A DNA stretch of 61,338 bases, filler included, from 4 parts of 4 records of this genome joined end to end with filler, not necessarily neighbours in it; one strand, 5' to 3'. Counted from the whole stretch's first letter, positions 8,053-19,336 are shown. Notes: a model not told the origin generated them from the sequence alone. Made by a program: numbers and translations.

Positions 8053-10830
8053 TTGAATACGGAAACAGTAGATACCAAAAAAAGCATCCTCATTCAAGGA
8101 GCTAAACTTCATAATCTTAAAAATATTACGGTTGCCATTCCTCGCAATAAATTGGTCGTTATTACCGGTCTTTCTGGGAGTGGAAAATCTAGCCTTGCTT
8201 TCGATACACTATATGCAGAAGGCCAAAGACGCTACGTAGAAAGCCTTTCCAGCTATGCACGACAGTTTTTAGGAAGGCTAGATAAACCAAAAGTAGACTC
8301 CATAAAAGGTATTGCGCCAGCCATTGCAATAGAGCAAAAAGTAAATTCTACAAACCCCAGATCTACAGTAGGTACCTCTACGGAGTTATACGATTATTTG
8401 AAATTACTTTACGCCCGAATCGGAAAAACCATTTCACCGGTTTCTGGTAAAGAAGTAAAAAAAGATACTACAACTGATGTTATAAATTTCATAAAAAACT
8501 TTCCTGACGGCGAAAAACTCCTTCTTCTCGCTCCTATTCATTTGGAAGAAGGACGGACTATGGAAAACAAAATAAATGCCTTGGCGCAACAAGGATATTC
8601 CAGAGTAAAAATTGATGGCGAAGTAGTACGAATTGATGAAATTAATAAGAAATCTTTTCCAGAGAAAATTGATTTGGTTGTAGACCGCATCATCACAAAA
8701 GATGAAGAAGATTTTTACAACCGCCTTGCCGATGCAATTGAAATAGCCTTTTTCGAAGGAAAAGGAGAATTGTATATTGAAACGCTTTCTTCAAAAACAA
8801 TTACTGAATTCAACAACCGCTTTGAAGCAGATGGCATGTTGTTTATGGAGCCAAATGTGCATCTTTTTAGCTTCAATAATCCGTATGGAGCGTGTCCTGT
8901 TTGTGAAGGTTATGGCGATGTTATTGGTATTGATGAAGACTTAGTAATTCCAAATACAGCGCTTTCCATTTATGAAAACGCTATATTTCCGTGGCGTGGA
9001 GATAGCATGAGTTGGTATAGAGATCAGCTTGTAAACAATGCTTATAAATTTGATTTTCCAATTCACAAACCTTGGTTTCAGCTTACCGATGCGCAAAAAC
9101 AATTGGTTTGGGATGGAAATAGTTATTTTGAGGGATTGAATTCATTCTTTTCGTTTTTAGAATCCAAAAGCTATAAAATTCAAAATCGCGTAATGCTTTC
9201 ACGCTATCGCGGAAAAACAAAATGTGCCACTTGCAAAGGAAAACGACTTCGCCCTGAAGCTGCTTATGTAAAAATTAACGGCACCGCAATTCAAGAATTG
9301 GTAGAATTACCTTTAGATAAAGCGGCTTTTTTCTTTAAAAACCTTGAACTTCCAGAATATGAAGCGAATGTTGCCAAGCGCCTTTTGCTTGAAATTAACA
9401 ACAGAATCAGATTTTTAAGAGATGTTGGTTTGGGTTATTTAACACTCAACAGAAAATCAAATACTCTTTCTGGAGGAGAATCGCAACGTATTAACCTTGC
9501 AACCTCACTAGGAAGCAGTCTTGTGGGCTCTATGTATATTTTAGACGAACCAAGTATTGGTCTTCACCCAAAGGATACAGAAAGGCTTATCGTGGTTTTA
9601 AAAGCATTGCGAGATATAGGTAATACAGTAATTGTGGTTGAACACGATGAAGATATTATGAAAGCAGCCGATGAAATTATAGACATTGGCCCCGAAGCGG
9701 GAACTTATGGAGGCGAAGTGGTTGCACAAGGAAATTATGCCGAAATATTGCGTTCCGAATCCCTTACCGCGAAATACTTAAATGGGGAAATGGAAATTGA
9801 AGTCCCAAAAAAGCGACGTACTTCAAAAAACAAAATTACCATATCTGGGGCGCGGCAGAATAATCTTAAAAATATAGATGTAACCTTTCCGCTTAATGTT
9901 TTTACAGCAGTAACAGGTGTTTCTGGAAGTGGAAAGAGTACTTTAGTTAAAAAAATTCTTTATCCTGCACTTATGCGGGAAATTGGCGGTTACGGTGAAA
10001 AGCCTGGACAGTTTTCAGAAATAAAAGGAGATTTTGGCACCATCAAAAGTATTGAGTTTATCGACCAAAATCCTATTGGTCGTTCCAGCCGAAGCAATCC
10101 TGTTACTTATATAAAGGCATACGATGATATTCGTAATTTGTATGCTTCACAGAAACTTTCAGACATTCGTGCCTACAAAGCGAAACATTTTTCTTTCAAC
10201 GTAGATGGCGGTCGCTGTGAAACCTGTAAAGGAGAAGGTGAAGTAACCATAGAAATGCAATTTATGGCCGATGTGCATTTGGTGTGCGATACTTGCAATG
10301 GCAAACGCTTCAAAAAAGAAGTACTTGAAGTTACTTTTCAAAATAAAAATATAGACGACATCCTAACAATGACCGTTGATGATGCCGTGGCTTTCTTTGG
10401 GGAACACAAGCAAAATAAGATTGCTGCAAAATTGCAACCATTACAAGATGTTGGCCTTGGCTATGTACAACTGGGGCAAAGCTCATCTACGCTTTCAGGC
10501 GGTGAGGCACAGCGTATAAAGCTTGCTTCGTTTTTAGTGAAAGGGACTTCAAAAGAAAAAACCGTTTTTATTTTTGATGAACCAACAACTGGGCTTCACT
10601 TTCACGATATTAAAAAATTGCTCGCTTCCTTTTATGCCTTGTTAGATAGAGGCCATACCGTTATTGTGGTAGAGCACAATTTAGATTTAATAAAGTGTGC
10701 AGATCATATTATTGATTTGGGCCCTGAAGGTGGTGAAAACGGTGGACAAGTAATTGCTGAAGGCACTCCAGAAGAAATTGCCAAGAACAAAGAATCTTTT
10801 ACTGCCGAATATTTGAGAGAGAAAATTTAA
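8053..10830 (+). CDS. uvrA: Excinuclease ABC subunit A
   Basis: Two Walker A motifs ([16 protein letters not shown]), two LSGGE signatures, CxxC zinc fingers, [19 protein letters not shown]; upstream TATCTTTG at 8018-8025. Confidence 0.97.
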   Translation: MNTETVDTKKSILIQGAKLHNLKNITVAIPRNKLVVITGLSGSGKSSLAFDTLYAEGQRRYVESLSSYARQFLGRLDKPKVDSIKGIAPAIAIEQKVNSTNPRSTVGTSTELYDYLKLLYARIGKTISPVSGKEVKKDTTTDVINFIKNFPDGEKLLLLAPIHLEEGRTMENKINALAQQGYSRVKIDGEVVRIDEINKKSFPEKIDLVVDRIITKDEEDFYNRLADAIEIAFFEGKGELYIETLSSKTITEFNNRFEADGMLFMEPNVHLFSFNNPYGACPVCEGYGDVIGIDEDLVIPNTALSIYENAIFPWRGDSMSWYRDQLVNNAYKFDFPIHKPWFQLTDAQKQLVWDGNSYFEGLNSFFSFLESKSYKIQNRVMLSRYRGKTKCATCKGKRLRPEAAYVKINGTAIQELVELPLDKAAFFFKNLELPEYEANVAKRLLLEINNRIRFLRDVGLGYLTLNRKSNTLSGGESQRINLATSLGSSLVGSMYILDEPSIGLHPKDTERLIVVLKALRDIGNTVIVVEHDEDIMKAADEIIDIGPEAGTYGGEVVAQGNYAEILRSESLTAKYLNGEMEIEVPKKRRTSKNKITISGARQNNLKNIDVTFPLNVFTAVTGVSGSGKSTLVKKILYPALMREIGGYGEKPGQFSEIKGDFGTIKSIEFIDQNPIGRSSRSNPVTYIKAYDDIRNLYASQKLSDIRAYKAKHFSFNVDGGRCETCKGEGEVTIEMQFMADVHLVCDTCNGKRFKKEVLEVTFQNKNIDDILTMTVDDAVAFFGEHKQNKIAAKLQPLQDVGLGYVQLGQSSSTLSGGEAQRIKLASFLVKGTSKEKTVFIFDEPTTGLHFHDIKKLLASFYALLDRGHTVIVVEHNLDLIKCADHIIDLGPEGGENGGQVIAEGTPEEIAKNKESFTAEYLREKI

Positions 10831-10842
10831 TTTTACGCTTTT

Positions 10843-10857
10843 TGGCACAGTAATTGA
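10843..10857 (+). promoter_or_regulatory. Putative sigma54 (-24/-12) promoter
   Basis: TGGCAC-AGTAA-TTGA versus consensus TGGCAC-N5-TTGC. Confidence 0.6.
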
Positions 10858-10868
10858 AAATACACTAC

Positions 10869-10944
10869 CAGAAAACAGATTTTAGTTTTTTTGGTTGGTT
10901 TTAAAAATCCGTTGTAAGTGATTAAACACTTCAGCGGATTTTTT
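10869..10944 (+). ncRNA. Candidate sigma54-dependent small RNA (~75 nt)
   Basis: ORF-free interval between the -24/-12 box and a terminator (AAAAATCCGTTG...CAGCGGATTTTTT); contains TAGTTTTTTTGGTTGGTT. Confidence 0.5.
10903..10944 (+). terminator. Intrinsic terminator
   Basis: AAAAATCCGTTGTAAGTG-attaaa-CACTTCAGCGGATTTTTT hairpin with T tract. Confidence 0.75.
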
Positions 10945-11108
10945 GTTGGTATGCTTTTTCTTCGAATATAATTTTCAAAGGAAAACCCTTTTCCATATGT
11001 AATAAAAAAGAAATAGAAATTAAATTTTTAGCTATTTAAGTTTTGAAGCATGGGTTTTAATAGCTGCTTTTTTGAATTTTCACACTGTTAATCAGCACTT
11101 TAAAATTA

Positions 11109-11123
11109 TGGCACGGTCGTTGG
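11109..11123 (+). promoter_or_regulatory. Putative sigma54 promoter of the downstream secreted protein
   Basis: TGGCAC-GGTCG-TTGG, about 70 nt upstream of ATG 11193. Confidence 0.55.
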
Positions 11124-11192
11124 TTATTTATAAGCGTACACAACTTACTAAAAAATAGTAAAGCAAGTACAAACCTTTAAAATTTGAAACTT

Positions 11193-12341
11193 ATGAAAAA
11201 CATAGCATTTATTTTCAGCATCCTCTTAATGGGATTTTCAGCAAATGCAACTTCCATTGAAGACGAAAACAATAACCGAAGAGGTTATGACGGTAACGCA
11301 TACATCTTTGTTGAAGGCGACGTAGAATTCTCCATCTTTCCTGATGGTCAATTTGACTTTGTATATGTAGGACCGCAATCAGGTTCCCGTGTTGCAATCA
11401 GCTCTCCTAATGTAAACATAAGTTTCAATTCTGGGTACGATTATGAAGCCTATGTGCAATACGATGATTATGGCGCAGTAATACAAATAGAAAGTGTTCC
11501 TATCTATTATGATGAATACGGGCGTATAGCGCAAGCAGGAAATGTTGATATTCAATATAACGATAGACGCATTGTTCGTGTGGGTGGTTTACATGTAGTT
11601 TATAACAACTACGGGTATTTTTCACACGTAACTGGAGCAATAAATTTTTTCAACCCATATTATGTATATCGCCCTTGGCATGTGTATTATGCAAGACCTA
11701 TTTATAGCCACTGTGTAGTTTACGATACTCCTTATAGAAGATATTACAACCCTATTCGTTATAGCTACCACCAACATGTGGTTTACTATAAGAATAGAAA
11801 TCGTACAGCGTATAATAACGGTAGAAGAGATTTCTACAGACCAGGAAGTCGTGTTTACGATAAAAATGGAAGGGTTTCAGTAAACAAAAATTACAACCCA
11901 AACCGTACAAACACCATGATTACTTCAACAGGTCGAAACAATACTTCTGTTCGAACTAACAATACACGTAACACGGTAACTAGAAATAGTAATACCGCTG
12001 CAACGAATGTTCGTAACTCGGCTAACACCCGAAATAACACTACAACTAGCGTGAAGAACACACGCAGTGAAAATGTAGTACGTACAAATACTAGAAGCAA
12101 TACTAACACCCGAACTGTTTCAACAGGAAGAAGTTCTCAGACACAGCAAGTACGAAGCACTCCTTCAAATCAAAGAAGCAGCTCTGTAACACGAAATACA
12201 ACTCAATCTCCAAAAAGAGAAGTTACGAGCCGTAGTAGTACCGTAAAAAGGTCTAGTACACCTACACGAAGCAGTAGTAAAGTAAGTACAAGTTCCTCCC
12301 GAGGTAACTCTAGTAGTACGAGTAGCAGAACAAGAGGTTAA
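11193..12341 (+). CDS. Secreted hypothetical protein with Tyr-rich middle and long disordered Arg/Ser/Thr/Asn tail
   Basis: Signal peptide MKNIAFIFSILLMGFSANA; FVEGDVEFSIFPDGQFDF, YDDYGAVIQIE; low-complexity C-terminus. Confidence 0.8.
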   Translation: MKNIAFIFSILLMGFSANATSIEDENNNRRGYDGNAYIFVEGDVEFSIFPDGQFDFVYVGPQSGSRVAISSPNVNISFNSGYDYEAYVQYDDYGAVIQIESVPIYYDEYGRIAQAGNVDIQYNDRRIVRVGGLHVVYNNYGYFSHVTGAINFFNPYYVYRPWHVYYARPIYSHCVVYDTPYRRYYNPIRYSYHQHVVYYKNRNRTAYNNGRRDFYRPGSRVYDKNGRVSVNKNYNPNRTNTMITSTGRNNTSVRTNNTRNTVTRNSNTAATNVRNSANTRNNTTTSVKNTRSENVVRTNTRSNTNTRTVSTGRSSQTQQVRSTPSNQRSSSVTRNTTQSPKREVTSRSSTVKRSSTPTRSSSKVSTSSSRGNSSSTSSRTRG

Positions 12342-12365
12342 AAATAGTTTTTTGGTTGGTTGGTT

Positions 12366-12410
12366 AAACCTTCGTGATTCGCCTAGGCGAAGATCGGAGG
12401 TTTACCTTTT
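12366..12410. terminator. Hairpin terminator between convergent genes
   Basis: AAACCTTCG..TTCGCC-ta-GGCGAA..CGGAGGTTT. Confidence 0.65.
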
Positions 12411-13688
12411 TAGGGTGTGTATTAAAGCAGCCATTTGTTTCGTTAATACGCGACGGCTATACTTTTCAATCCCTTCAGAAGAAATAATCAACTCTCCCTT
12501 TTTGAAATTTTCATAATAGTGAAGAATTTCAGCCTTTAACACATCATCATCCCAATAACTGAAAAACTTCCCAGAATTTGTTTCTGTAATAGTCCCTTCA
12601 ATATCACTTTCCTTTGGTCCCAAAGCAACAATTGGGCGTTTAGCAGCCAAATATTCAAAAAGCTTTCCCGGAATTATAGCGCGCGTTTCCGCGCTATTTA
12701 TTTCTACCAAAAGTAAAACTTGACTTTGCTTTTGAAGTTTTAATGCTTCGGAATGTGACACATATCCTAAAAAACTACAATTAGATAGTAACTGAAAATC
12801 TTCAAGACTTTTCTTTATTTCTTCACTAACAGCACCAGCAAATTTTAACTGCAAATCGTTTTTAAACGAAGCATTTTCGCTACATAGTTCCGCCAATACT
12901 TTCCATAAAACTTCAGGGTTTCGTTCACTAAGCAACGAACCTATATGTGAAATTGAAAAGGTGGAATCCATCACAAAATCGAATGGCTCGCTAGCATCAA
13001 ACCCATTTGTAATCACCGCTATTGGAGTTTCTGATATCATTTCAAATTCCTTTTTGGTGGTTGGGCTGGTTACTGTAATTAGATCTGCTGTTTTTAAAAC
13101 AGACGCTTCAAGCATTTTATGTTTGCGTTCCGAAGTTTTACTTAATCGGAGCGATTTGTGATAGTGAATCGTTGTCCATGGATCTCGAAAATCTGCAATC
13201 CATTTTAAACCTAATTCTTTTTGAAGTTGCATCCCGATTAGATGTAAACTGTGTGGCGGACCCGTTGTAATTACTACGTCTATTGGGTTTTTTAAAATAT
13301 ATTTTGAAAGAAATTTAACCGAAGGTTTTACCCATCCAATTCGTGCATCGGGAATAAAAAAGTTGCCGCGTACATAAAGCATTAATTTTTCAATTGCTGA
13401 AATTTCCTTTTTTGAAATAATCCCACTGCTTATCTGTTTTGTTTTCTTTTTTGAAAAAAGCTTCGCGAAACGATAGGGTTCTGAAATTGGTTGCTTTATT
13501 ATTTGAATATCGAAAGGGATTTCTGATGAAAAATTTTCATCAACCAAAGGGTAATTAGGGTTTTCAGGTACGTAAACAATTGGTTCTACATCAAATTCCC
13601 TAAAATATTTTACAAATTTTAACCATCGCTGTACGCCGGGGCCACCCGCTGGAGGCCAATAATATGTGATGATTAGCGCTTTCTTCAT
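12402..13688 (-). CDS. Glycosyltransferase family 4 protein
   Basis: YYWPPAGGPGVQRW, TGPPHSLHLIG, ADFRDPW, PGKLFEYL. Confidence 0.9.
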   Translation of the reverse strand: MKKALIITYYWPPAGGPGVQRWLKFVKYFREFDVEPIVYVPENPNYPLVDENFSSEIPFDIQIIKQPISEPYRFAKLFSKKKTKQISSGIISKKEISAIEKLMLYVRGNFFIPDARIGWVKPSVKFLSKYILKNPIDVVITTGPPHSLHLIGMQLQKELGLKWIADFRDPWTTIHYHKSLRLSKTSERKHKMLEASVLKTADLITVTSPTTKKEFEMISETPIAVITNGFDASEPFDFVMDSTFSISHIGSLLSERNPEVLWKVLAELCSENASFKNDLQLKFAGAVSEEIKKSLEDFQLLSNCSFLGYVSHSEALKLQKQSQVLLLVEINSAETRAIIPGKLFEYLAAKRPIVALGPKESDIEGTITETNSGKFFSYWDDDVLKAEILHYYENFKKGELIISSEGIEKYSRRVLTKQMAALIHTLKR

Positions 13689-16123
13689 TATTCTTTAACT
13701 TCTTTTTTCAAAAAAGCAAAATACAATCCGCTCAATAAAATAAGAAGAAAAATAATACTGCTCACCAAAGAAATGGTACTTCCTGTTTCAATTACTTTTG
13801 GTTCAAATTTAAACTCAATCTTGTTGTTTCCAGAAGGGATAATCATCGCTCTTAGCACATAATTAGCACGGAAATATTCCGCAGGTTTTCCATTTATATA
13901 TGCGTTCCAACCTTGTGGGTAATACACTTCAGAAAAAACAACCAACTGTTCCGTTTTTGTAGCAGCCTCATATACCAAGTGATTCGGCTGATAGCTAAAA
14001 AGCTCAATAGTTGCGGTGCTATCGCGTTCTATGTTTTTATTTGGAATTTTTGAAAGAAAAGCTGTATTAATTACAGCAGTTTTTTTAGTATTCAAACTAT
14101 CTAAAAGTTGTATTTCTTCATCTGCATTTGAAGCAGGCTGTACATTTTCAACAAACCAAGCATCGCCATTGGCATAAGGATTTCGTTGTGAAACTGCGCC
14201 CCCATTTTTAGATTGAGTGATGATGTAGCGCACATTCATCATATTCAGGATTCCGATGTTTCCTTTGCTTATGTAAAACTCAAACAAATCCTGCATTCTA
14301 CCTGGTTTTGCAGCATGATACCCCCCCAAAGCGTTGTGGTAATAACTTGCGCGACCACTATTAAACGCGTTTGATGTAGCATCATAAACACGATAATGAC
14401 CTTCATCTTCTAAAATCTGAGCATCTGCACCGTTTTTCTGAAAAGGTTCTTCAATAACTTTTGCTTGCACAAAGTTGTCTTCATTCACATAACGTCTGTT
14501 AACCCCTACTAAATCTATCAAAACCAAAACTGTAAGTGCAGCAATTGCAAACCCATTTTTAAGTTTTCCTATCATATAAAACCATAAAACGGCGGCGGTG
14601 AGTGCAACAAAAATCAACGAGCGAATGGCATCTGATGTAAAAAGTGCCATTCTATCTTCGCGTATCGCTTCCAAAAATGGCAAGCCCATTTCATCTCTAA
14701 AATAACTATCATACGGACTCGCAAAATCGAATAACGAAGCTTTAAAAAGGATAAAAATAAGTGTAAGCCCACCAACAATTCCAGTAGCCCAAAGCAAGGC
14801 TTTTTTCTTTTCTTCTTCTTTATCAAACTTATTAAAAAATTGATGTAAACCAACAATTGCAAGTATTGGAAGAATAAGTTCAATTATCACTTGTATGGAA
14901 GAAACTGCTCGAAATTTATTGTACATCGGGAAGTAATCAATAAAAAATTCTGAAAGTCCGCTGAAATTTTTCCCCCATGATAAAAGCAGTGTTAAAACAA
15001 AAGTTGAAACCACCCACCATTTCAATCGTCCGCGAATTAAAAACAAAGCCAAAACTGAAAGAAATATAACAATTGCTCCAATATAGGCAGGAGCTCCCAC
15101 GAAAGTTTGGTCGCCCCAATACATCGGAATTTGGTTTAATATTTGATTTGCTTCTTGCGAAGAAGCCCCCATTCGCATTAAACTTTCTACGGTTTTTGAA
15201 TCTTTCGGAAATTCTTCTGAAGAACTTCCTCCCATAAATCGCGGAATAAACAGGTTAAAACTTTCCAGTTTTCCGTAGCTATATTCGGTTATATAATCAA
15301 AATCTAATCCTGTGTTATAATCTTTTGGCGTGCCATCTGCGTTGATAGTCAGCTCCGTTTTTCCTCGTGTTGAGGAATCTGCATATTCCTTGGTTGCTAA
15401 AATATTTGTGGCATTTAAGCCAACGGCAATTAAAACACCAAAAGCCATGATGCCAACAGCTTTAAAGTAATGTGACAAGAGTTTTTTCTTAAAAGCATCT
15501 ATTAAATAAACGATGCCAATAATAAGGACTAAAAGCATCAAATAATACGTCATCTGGAAGTGATTTGCAACCAATTCCAACGCCATTGAGACTGTTAGTA
15601 ATACGAATCCCCACAAATATTTTCTTTGAAATGTGAGAAATATACCACTTAATACAAAAGGCATATACGCTATTGCGTGCGCTTTTGCATTGTGACCTAC
15701 GCCTAAAATAATTATTAAATAGGTTGAAAAACCAAATGCTAATGCCCCGAGAAAAGCTAGTTTATAATCTACTTTTAATACTAAAAACAATATGTACATT
15801 CCAATAAAATAAAGGAATAGATAATCTGCTGGGCGTGGTAAAAACCGAATGACTAAATCGAGTTGTTTTATGTAATTATTTGGGTATTTCGCGCCCAATT
15901 GATAGGTTGGCATTCCTCCAAAAGCCGCGTCAGTCCAGTATGTTTCTTCGCCTGTAGCTTCACGAAAATCGTTTTGCTGTTTAGCCATTCCAGTATATTG
16001 CACAATATCACTTTGGAATATTTTTTTTCCCTGTAAAACTGGATTAAAATATGCAAGTGAAGCAATTATAAATAAAACAAAAACAACTAAATGAGGAAGA
16101 AATTTTTTGTAGCTGGGATGCAT
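13688..16123 (-). CDS. YfhO family membrane protein (GT-C-like)
   Basis: 811-aa polytopic membrane protein; FGGMPTY, NHFQMTYY, GGYHAAK, FSEVYYPQGWNAYING. Confidence 0.85.
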   Translation of the reverse strand: MHPSYKKFLPHLVVFVLFIIASLAYFNPVLQGKKIFQSDIVQYTGMAKQQNDFREATGEETYWTDAAFGGMPTYQLGAKYPNNYIKQLDLVIRFLPRPADYLFLYFIGMYILFLVLKVDYKLAFLGALAFGFSTYLIIILGVGHNAKAHAIAYMPFVLSGIFLTFQRKYLWGFVLLTVSMALELVANHFQMTYYLMLLVLIIGIVYLIDAFKKKLLSHYFKAVGIMAFGVLIAVGLNATNILATKEYADSSTRGKTELTINADGTPKDYNTGLDFDYITEYSYGKLESFNLFIPRFMGGSSSEEFPKDSKTVESLMRMGASSQEANQILNQIPMYWGDQTFVGAPAYIGAIVIFLSVLALFLIRGRLKWWVVSTFVLTLLLSWGKNFSGLSEFFIDYFPMYNKFRAVSSIQVIIELILPILAIVGLHQFFNKFDKEEEKKKALLWATGIVGGLTLIFILFKASLFDFASPYDSYFRDEMGLPFLEAIREDRMALFTSDAIRSLIFVALTAAVLWFYMIGKLKNGFAIAALTVLVLIDLVGVNRRYVNEDNFVQAKVIEEPFQKNGADAQILEDEGHYRVYDATSNAFNSGRASYYHNALGGYHAAKPGRMQDLFEFYISKGNIGILNMMNVRYIITQSKNGGAVSQRNPYANGDAWFVENVQPASNADEEIQLLDSLNTKKTAVINTAFLSKIPNKNIERDSTATIELFSYQPNHLVYEAATKTEQLVVFSEVYYPQGWNAYINGKPAEYFRANYVLRAMIIPSGNNKIEFKFEPKVIETGSTISLVSSIIFLLILLSGLYFAFLKKEVKE

Positions 16124-16262
16124 AAATTGGACTTAAAATTATGAAGAGGGGAAATTATGAAAAATAATTCAGAAAACTTGGCAAACATGACTAAAGGAAA
16201 ACTCTCAAAAGTTTTAACTAAAGTATTCAAAATGAAACTTTACTTTAAATGCAAACATTTTT

Positions 16263-16526
16263 TTAATCTACTTCTTCAAACTCCACGTATTCTCCAACTT
16301 TTTTACTGGAACGTGAATTGGCAGCAGGATTTTTATCAATAGTAATACTTCCTTCTTTTTCTTGCGAAGTATTCATGTTTGGGTTATTTCCGAAGAATTG
16401 CTCAAACTGTTGTCCTGCTTTTTTCGAAATATAGCGCATTAAATAAGGTGTAGCGAGCTTAATTAAAAATTTAAGCCCGAAATATACCAGAAGAACGATT
16501 AATATCGTTTTTAGGAATGTCATCAT
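16263..16526 (-). CDS. DUF4834-like small membrane protein
   Basis: N-terminal TM helix, C-terminal GEYVEFEEVD; start at ATG 16526 or 16523. Confidence 0.75.
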   Translation of the reverse strand: MMTFLKTILIVLLVYFGLKFLIKLATPYLMRYISKKAGQQFEQFFGNNPNMNTSQEKEGSITIDKNPAANSRSSKKVGEYVEFEEVD

Positions 16527-16632
16527 AATAGTCAAATTCTTTCCAAAAATAAGGATTGATGCAGAAAAAGACGAATATTGACTATTAAATTATTGGTAAA
16601 ATCTTATATCTTTGAACTAAACCCAACATTTC

Positions 16633-16727
16633 ATGAATAGCAAACTTCCTTTTTTATTTCTGTTCTTTTTTATACCGTTTTTAAATGCTTCGGCACAGTA
16701 TACTGAAATGATAAACACCAACCGTCC
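16633..16727 (+). CDS. 5' fragment of a secreted/outer-membrane protein, cut by contig end
   Basis: MNSKLPFLFLFFFIPFLNASAQYTEMINTNRP (signal peptide ending ASA-Q); TATCTTTG at 16607-16614. Confidence 0.6.
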
Positions 16728-16827
16728 NNNNNNNNNNNNNNNNNNNNNNNNNNNNNNNNNNNNNNNNNNNNTTAATTAATTAANNNNNNNNNNNNNNNNN
16801 NNNNNNNNNNNNNNNNNNNNNNNNNNN
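16728..16827. other. Artificial contig spacer
   Basis: 44 N + TTAATTAATTAA (stops in all six frames) + 44 N. Confidence 0.99.
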
Positions 16828-17411
16828 TACAAGCGTCCTTCTGTCTTCAGGAGTAAATAAATAGCACCATGTACCATGAAAAGAGCCAGTGTGGTGATAC
16901 CGACCATCAAGGCATAGGGATTTAGAAACTCCAGCAAGGCGCCCCCTTGAAACTCAAAATTTTCTCCGATGGCGATTCCTTGCAACACATTTCCCAATAC
17001 GATTCCCAAGAGAAGGGAGAGCATGATACTCGAAATGCTGTACGAGATGTCCCACATTTTACGCCACCATTTCATAGGTTCCTTTCCCCGAAACTCGATC
17101 GAAACAGCCCGGAAAATAATGAATAATAGAAAAAGCATAAATGGGATATACATCGCAGAAAACAGGGAAGCATAAAGCACTGGAAAACCGGCAAACAAGG
17201 CACCTCCCCCGATAACCAGCCAGACTTCATTGCCATCCCACACCGGCCCGATGGCATTCAGCGCAACCCGACGACTTTCCTCTTTCCTGAAAAACAAGTG
17301 CCAGGCCCCTGCACCAAAGTCAAAACCGTCGAGGATGGCGTAACCGGAAAACAAACCGCCTACCACAAGAAACCAAAGTGTTGGATAATCTATTCCCAGA
17401 AACGTTTCCAT
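16828..17411 (-). CDS. cydB: Cytochrome bd ubiquinol oxidase subunit II, 3' end truncated
   Basis: LDGFDFGAG, IGPVWDGNEVWL, FRAVSIEFR; directly downstream of cydA. Confidence 0.95.
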
Positions 17412-17412
17412 A

Positions 17413-18795
17413 TCATTTCATATCGTTAAAAACCTTGGCCATGTCGTGCTGCATTGGGTGGCCTTCTATTTCACTTTCATCATAAGGGCCATGTTTGATT
17501 TTTTTATTTAACAGGTAAATAAAAAGAACAAAAAGCAGGAGGTAGATCAGAAAAAACATGATCAGGGAGAACAATACCTGATTGGCTGTCACGCTTTTTG
17601 AAAGCGCATCCGAAGTTCTCAGCAGCCCATAAACCACCCACGGTTGTCGACCCATTTCTGCAGCGAACCACCCAGCCTGATTCGCGATTTGTGGCAGTAG
17701 GGTACTAAAAACAAAAATCCCCATCAACCATTTTTGATCAAAAAGTGACTTGCGCCACCAAAAGAAAATGCCCAATAAACTCAATGCAATCAACGACATC
17801 CCAATAGCTACCATCAGGTGGTAGAATTGAAATACCGCATTGACCTGAGAGGGACGTTCGTCTTCAGGGAATGCGTTCAGTCCCGTCACCGGTACTTCAA
17901 AGTCTTGATGCAACAAGAACGAAAGCCCGTGAGGAATCTTGAGGCCTACGACCTTTTGCTTTTCCTTGTTTACCCAGCCAAATAAATACATGTCTGCAGG
18001 AGCACTTGCTTCGAAATGGCCTTCAAGTGCAGCCAGTTTCGCAGGCTGATTCTTGGCTACTCCGTCTGCTGATTTATGCCCGGTAAAAAGTTGCCCCAAG
18101 GAGAACACCGTAGCAACAACCAACGCGATTTTGAATGCTCGTTTGGAGATGTCAACATAACGTCCTTTGAGTAGGTAATAAGCGTGAACACTCAAAACAA
18201 GAAACGCACCTGAAAGAAACGCACCCAACCAAACATGGGACAAACGCTCCATGCTGGAGGGATTAAATACCATGGCCCAAAAGTCTGTGATTTCTGCGCG
18301 GGCCATCAACCCTTCGCCCACGATATGATAACCCGCAGGAGTTTGTTGCCAACTGTTGGCTATCACAATCCAAACAGCCGAAAACATGGAGCCGAAAAAA
18401 ACACCACATGTTGCAACCAAATGCACCCAGGGTTTTACCCGGTTCCAACCAAACAGCAGAACACCAAGAAAACCGCTTTCAAGAGCGAAAGCAAAGATGC
18501 CTTCAGCCGCTAGCGCACTTCCGAATACATCGCCGACATAACGGGAATAGGTGGCCCAGTTGGTGCCAAATTCAAATTCCATCACAATGCCGGTGGCAAC
18601 TCCAATTCCAAAAGTAAGGGCGAAAATCTTTGTCCAGAAACGAGCCAAAGTCTCGTAATCCTTATTTCTGGTTTTGATATAGAGGCTTTCGAAAATCACC
18701 ATGAGCAAGCCTAAACCAATACTCAATGGGGGATAGATGTAGTGAAAGGCGACTGTGAAAGCAAATTGTATTCGGGAGAGAATTTCTACATCCAT
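17413..18795 (-). CDS. cydA: Cytochrome bd ubiquinol oxidase subunit I
   Basis: [50 protein letters not shown]. Confidence 0.97.
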   Translation of the reverse strand: MDVEILSRIQFAFTVAFHYIYPPLSIGLGLLMVIFESLYIKTRNKDYETLARFWTKIFALTFGIGVATGIVMEFEFGTNWATYSRYVGDVFGSALAAEGIFAFALESGFLGVLLFGWNRVKPWVHLVATCGVFFGSMFSAVWIVIANSWQQTPAGYHIVGEGLMARAEITDFWAMVFNPSSMERLSHVWLGAFLSGAFLVLSVHAYYLLKGRYVDISKRAFKIALVVATVFSLGQLFTGHKSADGVAKNQPAKLAALEGHFEASAPADMYLFGWVNKEKQKVVGLKIPHGLSFLLHQDFEVPVTGLNAFPEDERPSQVNAVFQFYHLMVAIGMSLIALSLLGIFFWWRKSLFDQKWLMGIFVFSTLLPQIANQAGWFAAEMGRQPWVVYGLLRTSDALSKSVTANQVLFSLIMFFLIYLLLFVLFIYLLNKKIKHGPYDESEIEGHPMQHDMAKVFNDMK

Positions 18796-18911
18796 GAGCT
18801 GTGAAATTTGATCTTACGAAGGTACATTTCCGGTTAGAAAATGAGGCAGAAAAACGTCTGTTTTTAGAATGAATTTTTTAATGAGAAATCCAGATTACTA
18901 CAAACCGAGGG

Positions 18912-19280
18912 CTACTTTGCTTTCCCTTTTCTCAAATACACCAGCGTTCCTATGGCAATCAAAAGGCCAAAAAACTCGCGGGTTTCTTCAATCCAAGGCG
19001 ACCTCACCTTCATTTCTCCAAAAAGCATAGATTTATTCGCGCTCCCTAAAAACTCAATAAAACTTGGGATATACACCAGGGCGAACATCGAGAGGATAAC
19101 TATCAAAGTGGTGAGTAAGGGGCGGTAATTAATTTGTGTCAAATAAATCTTCAAGATAGCAATAACCGCTACCGACCCATAGATCAAAACCCATAGAAAA
19201 GGGTCAGGATCGTTGTACTGAACGAGTGCGAAGAGAAGGAATAAAAGGGCGATAATGTAATGCAGAGTCTTGGTAGCCAT
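18912..19280 (-). CDS. Transmembrane 220 family protein
   Basis: VQYNDPDP..W..IY and EETREFFGL motifs; TACATTTG -7 element at 19285-19292. Confidence 0.85.
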   Translation of the reverse strand: MATKTLHYIIALLFLLFALVQYNDPDPFLWVLIYGSVAVIAILKIYLTQINYRPLLTTLIVILSMFALVYIPSFIEFLGSANKSMLFGEMKVRSPWIEETREFFGLLIAIGTLVYLRKGKAK

Positions 19281-19336
19281 ACCTCAAATGTAAAGAACTG
19301 ACGCAAGAAACAATCGGACGCTGTGGGAGCGCAAGC

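Noticed and set aside
16157-16342. 61-aa plus-strand ORF
   Set aside because: AT-rich chance ORF overlapping the DUF4834-like gene on the opposite strand
16772-16783. TTAATTAATTAA palindrome occurring three times in the window
   Set aside because: Always centred in N runs; a synthetic six-frame-stop linker
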